Shown here: piece after piece, positions 48,356 to 60,400 of the stretch
Layout of the letters: each line of letters starts with the position of its first letter
How positions within the stretch are numbered: the stretch's first letter is position 1
Assembly (NCBI GenBank): GCA_973895155.1
Contig: OZ316893.1
Coordinates: 8,681,839 to 8,745,838, forward strand
Source of the DNA: Marsupella aquatica
Lineage: Eukaryota > Plantae > Marchantiophyta
Reading direction: 5' to 3'
DNA: 64,000 nt
The notes under the pieces: generated by a model
What the model was told of the DNA's origin: nothing
The model's input: the letters and a program-made list of their open reading frames with translations, nothing else
Databases searched by the model: none
Made by a program: the position numbers and the translations under genes

Positions 48356-51300
48356 ATTAATTTTTGCTCCAGATAACTATGACTACGGTAATCCTCGGTC
48401 GGTAGAAAAGGAATTCTCTTATCCCCAATTCTAAAGGCAAACATTGCTACAGTTTTGACTTGTGAACCTCAAAAGCTCATCCGTCTGAAACTTATCCCTT
48501 CGTCCAAAACGTTATTTGACGGGTGCCCTTTCTTTGAGGAGCGCATCCGAAATCCCTGCATAGAAAAGGTCCACATCGCCTGGACACGAAAATGGATGAA
48601 GGGGATCAATATTCAATGCGCAACGATGCAAAGAAAGTCATCGTGAACAAGCCACAATTAATGAACCAATGATTCTATATGCCAAAGAACCAAAATCTTC
48701 AAACCAGGAGACAAAATGATTGGGTGTGCCATGGAGTCAACGCCCATCGTGCTCTCGTATTAATTGTGAAGGATAGGACCACTTTGAAATGTTTATTATT
48801 CACTCAATTGAATGTATCTTCTTTGTTCTTATCTTTTGGGTATCAAACAATGGTTTATCTACTAGACCCTTTTTCAGGGTTAACCTTGTAACCCATCTGA
48901 GCATCTGGTTTAAGAAACTTGGGTCCACAACATAACCCATTCTTGCCACTAAGATTGAGACTGTTGGCCGAACTAGTCCATCGAACCGCACCTAGAACCC
49001 AGAAGGGTGACGAAAGATTGAATCTGAATATTTATTACGGTACCCAAACTGGCCAAGTGGCCACATGGGTGGGGTTATGGCCCAGAATCTGCATACAAAT
49101 TATAAGGTTAGAATACATGAGGTGGCTTAAAGAGAGAACCATGAGACTGGATTTTTGTTCACTGTCCCGTTTTTTCTTTGCAAAAGGTGGTATGATATTA
49201 TAATTTTCTTTACACTAATATTATTGCCCATGCTTAGCACATCAAAGATTCTTTGGTACCCATGGTTATCCTCAGCGCATTGGCCCCAAACAGATGTGTT
49301 ACACCCCCTCATGGGCCCCTCCGTTGCACTAAATAACTTTGTGCTTAATGGTATAGATTTGAAGGTTTACTTCAGATGAAAACCACAAGAAACGTAGTAA
49401 CTACTGTACACACTCCTTCAGATGAATTTTTTATTTTGATTGTCAAGACATCAATGATTGAGTTGATCTTTACAGGAGAATATTTTATTGACAGATAAGT
49501 TTTCCGAGAGTAAAAATGAGAAGACAGTACAGGCCTTTATAATAAAAAAGCAGACAAGAAAATTGTGGTGGGACCTCAATAAATAGAAATACGGCTGTCC
49601 TATAAAACCCCATCTGTGGAGCCAGTGGCTACTTTATTCTTGCCTTCTAGCCATTCCACGAACACTTTTAGAGGGTCTCTAAAAAGTAGGATCGGAATAA
49701 CCACAGTGAAAATGGCAGATTGAGTGTCATAAAAGTCAACTGTCTCACGTCATGCTCTGTAGAATTTGGTGTGGTTTACATTCCCCTTGTCAAAAAAGAC
49801 AAAAAAGAAAATGCCTCACCTTATCACGACACTTTTCAGAACTTGGCAATTTAGTCCAGGTGGAAAAAATGTATTCCAGCCCAGAGGTAGTGTGGGTTAG
49901 AGCATTCTGACCAGTGCAGGAGCATGAAACCCTTCCACACCAGCCTTCGCTATCAGTAAGTGGGTTTTCCAGGCCCACCTCTTTTCCACCCTTGCACAGC
50001 ACTCCTAAGCTCCAGAGGCTGGTGGGGAGTGGCCCTCGACCTGCCCACCATCTCGATGTAACTGCCAAGATCCATTCCTGAAGATTTCATCCTATGGTTC
50101 ACAAGGAACGGGATGGCCCCAAATCCCATTGATGTCCAATACTGTAGAAGCTCATGTTCACAATCAAAGAAATCAAGTGCAGATTTTCCGTTGCTTCTGC
50201 ATTGTGCCTACTTGCTTGCTTCTGGACGTCCTTGAGTTTTTGCTTGTGCATTCTGACAATATGGCAGCAACACACGGTCAACATTTCTCATCAGCAGAGT
50301 TGAAGGAGTTGTGCATGTGTTGGGTGAACATTGGACAGGCCTTGATAGTCCAGTATTCTTCTTCCTCAGTTGCGAGCATGGCAGTCATACATGCTTTGGT
50401 AATCCAATTAAGGTACATGCTTGTAATGTAGACAAGAATCCATACTTGTTGGATCTTTGTAATAGCATAGATGTCAGACACATTTCTGTGAGAGTGATTT
50501 AGATATCAGTGAGTGGCCATTCAAGCAAATTCAGAAAAACCTGAAGAGTGGGAAAATATCTTCTTTCCATTATGAAACCTGGCCCGAGAATTTTAGCTGT
50601 AATATCCGTGACCTAAAGCTGGGCCTGCAAGTTAATTTTTTCCAGCTCAACCAGAGGAAGACAAGCCTTGATTATCCATAGGTGATAAAGTTCTTCAAAT
50701 TATCATAAACTTGTCCCAAAACTAAACTTCCACCAAAATTTATAAATCAGTAAAAAACAAAGTACAATGAAAGCGTACGTTTCTCCAAAAGAAGGATACG
50801 TCTCTTTTGAATAAACTTGTCAATTTCTCATTCAAAAGGTGACCTAAAGTTGCATCGAACGTTCTGGGCATCACATTTAGTGCTAAAACGTTTGATTCCT
50901 TCCGTCATGTGATTCTGAACCCTCATTGTTTTCCCCTTTTTTTGAATGATAGTAGGGCAGCTACAGTATACGTTTGGTCACCAAAGAAGCACCTATATCT
51001 TCCTTTTTCACTTTATGGATATATTGCTTTAAGATTTCACTTGTCTTATTTTGTACCACAGTTTACCAAATATGCCTCAGTTTATGTTTTTTTATAGATG
51101 TGTTTCGATGAATTGGCAAATTATATTGGTGGCGAACATTCATATGGAGTTTAGAGGGGAATCATTTGAACCCTAAGCTTGCCCTTGTGCCTAGCTACGA
51201 AAGTTCACATTTCAGTTAAATCCTTACATTAGATACACGCACACAAAAACACGACAGAAGAGGTCTAATTACAACTTTTGGTCAGTTGGGGACTGAGTGT

Positions 51301-51477
51301 TCAAAATTGGGACTTGGTCACTGGGGGCCCCTTTCCACTGATTCTTACTACGACAAAAAGACAGTCACAGCACTGAATCAGAGCTTAATAATTCTTCTAT
51401 GTTGCACCCCTTGATAGTAGCGTTTCCTCACTTTCCTGTAAGGTTCAGTTGTTTGGTGTTGCTTTCTTGAGTTACTA

Positions 51478-52250
51478 AGAATAGAAATATAGTTACTGTA
51501 GTTGTGAGTCAGAAATCGGTGAAGGGAATCTATAATACCCTAAACTCTACTTATTGAAAATCTACAGTGACAATCATGTCGCTCGCAAATCGTTCCTACC
51601 TCGTATTTATCATCCATGTCCACATTTTGTAATGTGGGCACAATTTGAAACCCGTCTATTTCCACAAGATGGATGCCAGACAAAAGAAATTTGGTTTCCC
51701 TCTTCTATCACACTAGTCCCATATGGTAAAGGGAATCTATTAACTAAGAATAGAATATATGGTTACTGTAGTTGATATGGTAGAGGGAATCTATTAAGTA
51801 AGAATAGAATATATAGTTCTGTAATTGTGAGTCATACATGGGTGAAGGGAATCTATAATACAAAACTCTACTTGTTGAAAATCTACAGTGACAATCATGT
51901 CGCTTTCAAATGGTTCATACCTCGTATTTATCATCCCTCCCCACATTTTGAAATCTGGGCACATTTTGTAACACGTCTGTTTCCACAAGATGGATGCTAG
52001 ACAAAAGAAATTTGGTTTCCCTCGGCACACACATCTACTGTAGTCAGGCATGGGTGAAGGGGATCTAAACACCCTAAACTCTCCTTGTTGAAAATCTACG
52101 TGACAATCATGTACAGTAGCTAGCAAAAGGTTCATACCTCGTATTTATCATCCATGCCCATATTTTGAAATCTGGGCACATTTGGAATCCCGTCTACTTC
52201 CACAAGATGGATGCTAGACAAAAGAAATTTGGTTTACCTCTTCTCTCACA
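51478..52250. repeat. Tandem repeat, about 215-320-bp unit, 3 diverged copies
   Basis: ttgaaaatctac(a)gtgacaatcatgt...cctcgtatttatcatcc...ccacaagatggatgc(c/t)agacaaaagaaatttggttt occurs three times. Confidence 0.85.
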
Positions 52251-52464
52251 TCTGACCCCCCAAAAAAACCCCCCCAAAAAATTGTTTACTTGTTTTACAA
52301 AGAGTCCAACACAAAACAACCAACAGATGCGGCGGTTTTGCAGCACACTCATTTCTTTTCAGGCACTATGGCATGCTTGTGTTGCTCATCAGGCTCAGCA
52401 TAAGGAGTAACCTAGACAAGCAATGGAGACAGGAATCTCGTGGAGGTTAATGGCACATAATAAG

Positions 52465-53579
52465 GGAGGGATATGCTCAATAGACCCCCTCCTGGAGATA
52501 GTTTGCTTGATCAACCGCCTGGAAACATTTTTGCCCCAATCGACCCCCTCTTTATGACCCGTACCCTTTGTTCTTCTATAAGTTATTATAAAGTGAGTTT
52601 CTGCCTTACAAAGACCAAATTGGGTCACTTGTCACTGTAGCCATTTCAACCACGAACCATGCTCAGAATCATAGTGACCAAGCGTTGTCAAGCCGCAACC
52701 ATTCCCGGGCTGCAAACTGAACCGTAGGCGTTGAATGTTTGCGTCGCTTATACATCGACATTAGGGTTATTCTCATGCGAAGACATTGACATGAATGTCT
52801 TCGCTTTATAAACATCATTCCGCATTTTTTTCATATCCTCCCATTCTGTTTTTCTTGTCCATGCTCGAACGGTGATGACTTCTCAACAGCTTTTCACGAG
52901 GCTCATGGTTCACATGTACAACTGATCGAAGTGAGGTTTAAGGAATCATGGGAGGATATCAAAAAAATGCCCTAAACCCTAAATACCCTTTCATATGGAG
53001 AGTTTCGATCTATAATTTAATTGGTAATGTCCGATCATGATTCAGTCATGGTTGATATGAATGCATTGTTTGGGAAGACATAATTGTGGACATTATCTTC
53101 CCATCACACTTAGCATTGTCTTCTCACCTAGATTCAATTTGCAATTAGTGATAGATACTGGTCCCCTATTAATATTTCATTGGCTGGTTTTGTAATGTAA
53201 GACCTGGTTATTATTTACTCTTGGGTTGTTTCCCTTTCATGTGATTGTGTTACTAATTTATAGCCCTGGTTTTTGCTGAGTGCATTCATATCAACTATGA
53301 CTGAATCATGATTGGACATTACCAATTAAATTATAGAAACTCTCCATATGAAGGGGTATTTAGGGTTTTTGATATCCTCCCATTCCTTAAACCTCACTTC
53401 AGTAAGTTGTGACAAGTGACCCAATTTGGTCTTTACAAGGCATAAACTCACTCTATAATAACTTACAGTAGAACAAAGGGTACGGATCATAAAGAGGGGG
53501 TCGATTGGGGCAAAAATGTTTCCAGGGGGTTGATCAAGCAAACTATCTCCAGGAGGGGGTCTATTGAGCATATCCCTCC
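52465..53579. mobile_element. Mutator-like (MULE) non-autonomous element with ~300-bp TIRs
   Basis: Termini ggagggatatgctcaatagacccc / ggggtctattgagcatatccctcc. TSD ATAATAAG at 52457-52464 and 53580-53587. The left TIR is interrupted by about 280 bp (52636-52917). Confidence 0.82.
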
Positions 53580-53990
53580 ATAATAAGGATATGAAGTATT
53601 GACTGATATGGAGACTTTCAGCCTGATGGAGGTTTGCCACGGTGAGGGAGATAGGTGGTTGCTGGTCCAGTCCCATGGTTGGTTTTCTTTCTCCGGTTGC
53701 GGTCGCTGGTTCTATCTTTCGGGAAGATTTCTCGCTCAGTTCTTGGCGGCCACCCCCCTTTCCAGGGTGCTTTCTTTCCTCTCTCATCTGCCTCCTGCCC
53801 ATACGCCGTTTGGACTTGAGGCTCCCTCCTCTTCTTCTCTATGGGCATGCTCCTTCTTTTAGCAGCCCTTGTTTTATTTTGCTTTCCTGTCTCCCCCCCC
53901 CCCCCCTCCTTCAGCAGGATATTGTTTCTCTTGTTTTGGGCATGAATAAAGATTCGGATTTAGAAACAAACAAACAACAACAACAACAAC
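53580..53990 (+). mobile_element. LINE-like 3'-end remnant, the host of the MULE
   Basis: Homologous to 23060-23500. Ends with AATAAA (about 53945) and a (CAA)n tail. Confidence 0.55.
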
Positions 53991-54059
53991 AGGGTGCCAA
54001 TGTTTTGTTTGTACAGGATTGCCAAAGTCGTTGAAGGTTTTCACTCATGAGTTTGACTG

Positions 54060-54193
54060 CCCTGCTGGTAATCACACATCAAAATGTGGCTGCATTCATA
54101 ATTGATTGAAAGGAAAAAAACTAGGATTATCACGGTATGCAGGGGTGTCGTACATAGTATATGTCATATTTTGATGTGCAGTTACCGAGACCC
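54060..54193. repeat. ~130-bp repeat; inverted copy at about 59497-59613
   Basis: ccctgctggtaatcacacatcaaaatgtgg...tgtcatattttgatgtgcagtta vs taactgcacatcaaaatatgaca...ccacattttgatgtgtgatgattaccggtaggg. Confidence 0.75.
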
Positions 54194-56497
54194 GTTTGAC
54201 TGCAGCTCTGCTTGAGATTCTCCGTTAGACTTCAATACTGTCTCTGAACTTGAGTACTCTGCCACATGAATTGTAGCTCATGTTTTGCATGTGAGAAAAG
54301 GCACTAAAGTTGGAAACAAATTTATCTACAAAGACTACTTAACAGTGATGCGTGTCTGTGTTTACTGCACTAGGCTACCTAATGATGTTGGAATCAAAAA
54401 TAGTCATGTTAGACCTGAGTGAACCAGGGGTTAATTAAGTGAAATCTTGCACTGAAATCTCTGTGCTCATATCGCCCTGCTTGTTGCAGCTTTTGAGACG
54501 AGTAATTTGGCTGCCCTATGTCTGCCGTATGCCTGCCCTATACCTGCCCAAACTTGCCCAAAATAAAGTAAAATAAAATAATTTAAATGAAAAATACCAA
54601 AACCAAATTGAAGTTTTTGGAAAACGTCATGTAGATATAATTCACTGAAAACATTTATTCACTCATTTAAATTTTCAAGAAAATATAGTGAAAGACAAAC
54701 ACTCCCTCCTCACACAGGACCATGCTTGGATCTAGCAATGAAGTGGACGTTGTCACCCATCTTATATCCCTGTGCTCTAACCTTTACATTCCCGACAACA
54801 ATAGTTTTTTTAATAACAACAGTGACCAAAAAGATAACATATGATCTGCAACTACAATAACCAAACCAAAATAACAAAACTTTTGCACCACAAACTATGA
54901 TAAATAGTCCTCACATAGTTTTTATACCATGGCCGTCTTAAGGAAATTGACATTTGTAATGCCAAGGAAAGGCTGGAAGGAAAACGAGGAGGGAGAGGGT
55001 TGAGAAAATGAAAGAAGTGGGCAGGGCAAGGAATGTGGGTAAAGGGGGTGGGGGAGGCGCATGGATGGGAATTGGGGAGGGGGAGGCTTGCTTGTGGACC
55101 TTTCCCTCCTGCAATGGATTGGAAAAGGGGGAGGGGCAAGGATCCATGAGGACTAAATTCCTCCTCAATCCTCACCCCTCCCACCTCTCCCCACACCTCT
55201 CCCCACACCTCTCCCACCAATATTTCCCTTAGTTCCCCCTTCCATACGAGTATAGTAGCTTTCTATTGAGATAAATATTTAAAGATCTCATTACGTGTGG
55301 TCGCTTTGCTTTTCAACATTGATGATGTTTTTATTTTATTTTGAACATTGTAACCTTATCCATGAAAATGTATCATTTACTAAACCACATCTTTTCTGAG
55401 AGCTTTTCCACAACAGTATCCTTTCTGCAATGAAATTCTAAATGCAACGATCTCTTTTGTGTAAAATACCTCGGTTGTGCGATGAACACTTTGACTTGAC
55501 AACTCCTACTACATTAAGACATATTTTCCTCCACAACATCTTTTGTAGAAAAAAAGCATTTCAGTGATGACATCTTTTGCATCTTTTACGCAATAACCTC
55601 TTGTTCGCAATGAATTGGGTTTGCAGTGTCATCTTTTACGCAAAGATATTTCCTGAGATCTGGGCCGTGTATTCAAATTTGAATTCCTTCCCGGTTCCTT
55701 CCATCCTGGCCATCCATTTTTTTTTGCCTTTAGCTATCTTGGCCATCCATTTGGGAAGGCAATGTAGGGCTCAAAAGAAAGATCTCAATGAGATCTACGG
55801 CTGGGTGTTTTTTGTTTAAAAAATGAATGAATATTTTTTAAAATAAAAATAAAAATAAATTGTCTTTGGTCCACCCAATCTCCGCCTGTTGCCATAAATT
55901 GCCTTCCCTGTGTGCAAATGCTGAACTTGTATGATACTGTACAGTTTACAAAATTGCCTTTTATACCCATAGTAGTGGTTTAAGCATTACATGACGATGA
56001 ATGTGGCTTATAGAGGCTACTCGCCGTTCCAGTAGGTCTTCACAGTTTTCCTTGCAAGTATGCATTAGTTAGGTAGGTCATAGCTTGATTTATGTAGGCC
56101 TATTATACTTGTTTGGATGAAGCCTATAGACTTGTTTGGATGAAATCTATAGGGCTTTTGCCATATAGTACAGTATTAAACATACCTACCTTTGCTTGCA
56201 GGGCTTACATTGTAGGCTGGGGGGACTAGTACGGTATTGTTTTACTCAACAACGTGAAGTAAAATGTTGGGACCTCAACCTCATGATGCAAGGGTAGGGT
56301 AGCCAAAAAGTAGACACAGATAAGAGAACAGATCCCACAGATGTAGGAGTGGAATTAATCACCCTCATTGACTCAACATGGATGTGAAATAGTTCTCTTG
56401 GGACTTGGAAATCCCAAACCTGTATTTGAGGGTAGAGTGGTCAGGAATAATGGTCATTGTACTCACAGTATAGAGGACAATGTGTAACTATTGGGGC

Positions 56498-57435
56498 AAT
56501 CAAAAGTTATAGTACAAGGTTGCACCAAAAATGCAGTGGTTGTCTTTCAAATTTGACTGCTGTTTTGAGTGAAAAAATGGAGACCTGAAAATGGGAGGAA
56601 TAAGCCAAAAGTGAATTATATTTGGTGTGGACCATTTACCAACCAAGAAGAAAAAGCAACAACCAGTCGTGACCCTAGTCGTCATTGTTACTCAATCCGA
56701 TGTATCCATACACTCCATCTAAAATAAATGTCTACCCAAGCTGCCCTTTAGCCTGTCGTCACCTGCCCAAGATAAATGAATTAATGAAATTAATTTACAT
56801 TTGAATTATTTAAATTTAAAAAATTGGAAAGAAGCTTAAAATTTTTTGTAACACTATTTTGAATATAAATTAAAAATATATAAACTATTAATTTCTCTAA
56901 AAATTGAAAACTAAAAAAACATATTTGTTCCTCTCACTCTGTTGTGTTTTGACTCTATAATGTTGCACAGGTTATCGAACACTACCCTAGTTTCTATGTG
57001 CAATGCACGAGTTATTGAACACAACCACAATACCCACACACTTAGGATCACACATGTTGTCATGCCTCAACAACTCCATTACCAGTTTATATGTTTTTGC
57101 CCTGCCTTGACATCTTTTCTCACTTTGACATCTTTTTTAATGTGTACACAGTTATCTCTCCTTAACATCGTTACCACGTCCTGACATCTTTTTCTCACCA
57201 TGACATTTGTTCTCACCCTTGACATATTTTCTCTCTTAGACATCTTTATCTCACCATGACATCTTCTTCCACCCTTGACATCTCGCTTGATATCTTTTCT
57301 CGCCTCGCCATCTTTCCCTCATATTTTTATCTTTTCCTCACCTTGACATCTTTTTTCATCTCAACATCTTTTTTTCACCTCAACATCTTTTCTCATTTCA
57401 ACACCTTTTATGCAACGCACAAGCATCAGGATAGT
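56498..57435 (+). mobile_element. Second, more decayed copy of the Helitron-like repeat
   Basis: aatcaaaagttata...tctttcaaa...aggaataa.ccaaaag..atttggtgtg..acctgcccaagata and the ttgacatct array are collinear with 25064-26038. The 3' hairpin and CTAG are degenerate. Confidence 0.55.
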
Positions 57436-60400
57436 AGATAATATAGAGGTAGTGACGTTATATATGTCTTTATGAGACCAAGGAGGTCTGACTTTGGTCA
57501 CATACTAGTACTATGTTTTCTAAAAGGACAGTTGGGGGACACTTTGTGTAAAGATCTTTGCATTCATTTGTTAAGTATTGTTCTTAGTTTTGTGACTCAT
57601 AGGTTACGGCTGGGGTTACGGCAACTAGGTTAACCACAGTTAGGGATTTAGCTGAGGCTAGGTTAGTTTTATGTGACCTTGCATACACCAGGGCTAGTGT
57701 GAGCCACTGGTATATGAAGCTTGCTCATTGTAATGAAACCAGTTGAAAGAGAGAGAGACTGGGAGAGAGAGCTCTTGGTTTGTTGAGACTCCGTACTATT
57801 GATGGGTCTACTCTTAGGAAAAGCTTTCATGTTCGTGTGGATGTAACCTTGGCAAAGAGGTGAACCACGTATATTGTTTGTGTTGAGTACGTGTGCATAG
57901 GATGATTCTTGATCTTATTGTCAAGAAGGACATCATAATTTAACAATATTTGGGCATTAATTCCGCCTTTGTGCCTTCCCCAATGGGCAAAAAAGATATC
58001 ACATTGTTTATTTTTGTTATGGTTTTGAAGTGCAGTGAGATTTTGATGATTGCAGTTGTAATATAAGTGAAACCCATGAAAATTCAAAGAATTTGACTAA
58101 CCAAAATGTTGCAACTTCCTTCAATACATGAATAATGCAATCATCTTCGGCCAATACGTCAGCTGTTTTCCAAGTAATAGACTGGTATGTGCAATTTCTT
58201 GATAAAGTGCATGTTGCGGAGAAATTGTAGCTACCAGTTAGTCCAGCCATTTCAATTGTCCTTGTATGTGTTTCACACTTGCCAATACCTGCAATTTGGT
58301 TATTTAATTGCAAGTATTGCTGCAAGAAGATGGCTAGAACCAAGCCCTATCACTTATAGAGGTTACTGGAAGTACCAATCAACTGCAATGTTGGAGTGGT
58401 GGCTTTGTAAGATGTTGGGGGCCCATTGCTTTGTTTTACTCCCTTTGTGATTAAATATGGATTGTATAATGAGTGGAAATGAGTTGCAAACATCATTTTT
58501 TTTTAACTAAGACTTGCTCCGACGTTGCCTAACTCCATTGTTGGGTCCCTCTCAAGTTCGCTACCAGGTTGGCCATCGAAGGTTTGGCTAAGGATGAGGA
58601 GACTACTGTAGTATGAGCAGAACCAATCACTCCCTTTGGATCTGGTTTGGATTTGCATTTGTAGCTCTGATTTAAGCTGAGGGGTCTCACTTTTGCAAAA
58701 ATGGCATATCATAAGAGACGAATCAGAGTGTAGTTTTATGGGTTCTGAGGGAATGGGGTCCTTTAAATCCAGACTGAGATTTGTAAAAAAGATAGGGGCT
58801 TTAGACCTATTTCTGGAATATTCAAGAACATTCTGAAGTCTTAGGCTGTCTGAGCCGTGCAAAGTGAGCCGTCCAAAGTTGCATGCGATGGAGAGGCTCT
58901 ATATAGGGAGACCACCAAGATTTTTTAAAACACTTAGTGGCTCTCCAGGTTGCTTTGGTGAGAAAGAGTCACAAGTGGCCCGAACGCCTTAGAGATTGCA
59001 AGTTTGCAACCCAATCATTTATCAGTTGATCCCATTGGTCCTTTGCGTGGAACCTTCCCATTCACAGAGGCCTCACAACCTGAAAAACTGACTTGGCAAG
59101 GCTAGTGGAGTGGATTTCTACCTGAAAAGTATCTTTTGACAGGGCCATTGCAGGAGTGAAAAAGTGACTCCCCAAGGTCAGCTGGACTGACAATTTTCCA
59201 ACTCAATTAGCCTGCTGAGCAAGAAAGGCAACCGCCAAAATAGTGTATCAGATTTGCAAGGCTTCATTGACATGGGTGACTCCTAACTACACTGTACCCT
59301 GCAACTAGTGTTAGTCATACTACTTGTAACTAATTGGGTAGCCCTTTATTTTTTACTTCTCACATTAATAGTTTGCCTAAACTTATTTCAGGTGTCACTC
59401 TACTTACGAACTTAAAGCCCTGATGGACTTGCACGTTGTTAATGAAGCTCTCTTGGATAAACCAAACCTACATGGACTGGATCAAAACATAAAAGTGGGG
59501 TCTTCATAACTGCACATCAAAATATGACATATACATTGTACAACACCCCTAGTTTTTTTTCTTTCAATCAATGAATACACCCACATTTTGATGTGTGATG
59601 ATTACCGGTAGGGATAAAAGTGTGCTTGGACATTGCTATTTACATTTATGTCCATAAAGTACAGTGTCAGTAACTAAATCTGCACTTCTATCCATAAATT
59701 TTCTCTGTCACTAACTCTGTCACCACTTCTATCCTAAAAATATGTCAGTGACCATAGTATTTTTTTATTGAGAGCTTAGCTGCTTTCTCCCAATACTCTT
59801 CCCCTGCACATAATTGCTCTACCTATTTTTAAGAGTTTAATAAAAAAGATAACATTTAAAGTACATTTAATTTGGATCTTATGTAAATTTATAAAGTTTC
59901 ATCTATTCAAAGTAGATGAAACTTTAAATAGATTGAGTGCTTCACATTTTATTCATACCGCCTTAAGTAGTTTGCCCAATGATAAAAACCAAATGAACTT
60001 AATTTACTCAAAAATATTTTTTAATATTCAAAAGCCCTGCAAAGGGGGGAAAGCAAAAAACAACTCATGAGCCAAGGTGACAATTCCCACCAAGGAGGCC
60101 AGGTGGCGCCCAAATAAGCTCAAATGTCACATATAGATTATAATTTTTCTACACTTTCTTGAGATTCTAGGGCATCGATACTTTATGGAATGATTGTACA
60201 ATTTCCAGAAATGTTGCAAAATATTTTTTATAGAGCATTGCTTGTTAACCTAAATATAGTCATTTTCCCCTGGGGGCCCATATCACTTGTGGAGTTTACA
60301 ATTAATAACACCCTAAAACTTAAGAAAATAAAGTTGATTTTTACTTTTTTTACCCCTAACTTTATGGAATATTCTATGAATATTCTCACTTTTGATATAA

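Noticed and set aside
49780-50950. Possible decayed transposase or RT on the minus strand
   Set aside because: Coding-like patches, but no diagnostic motif could be identified.
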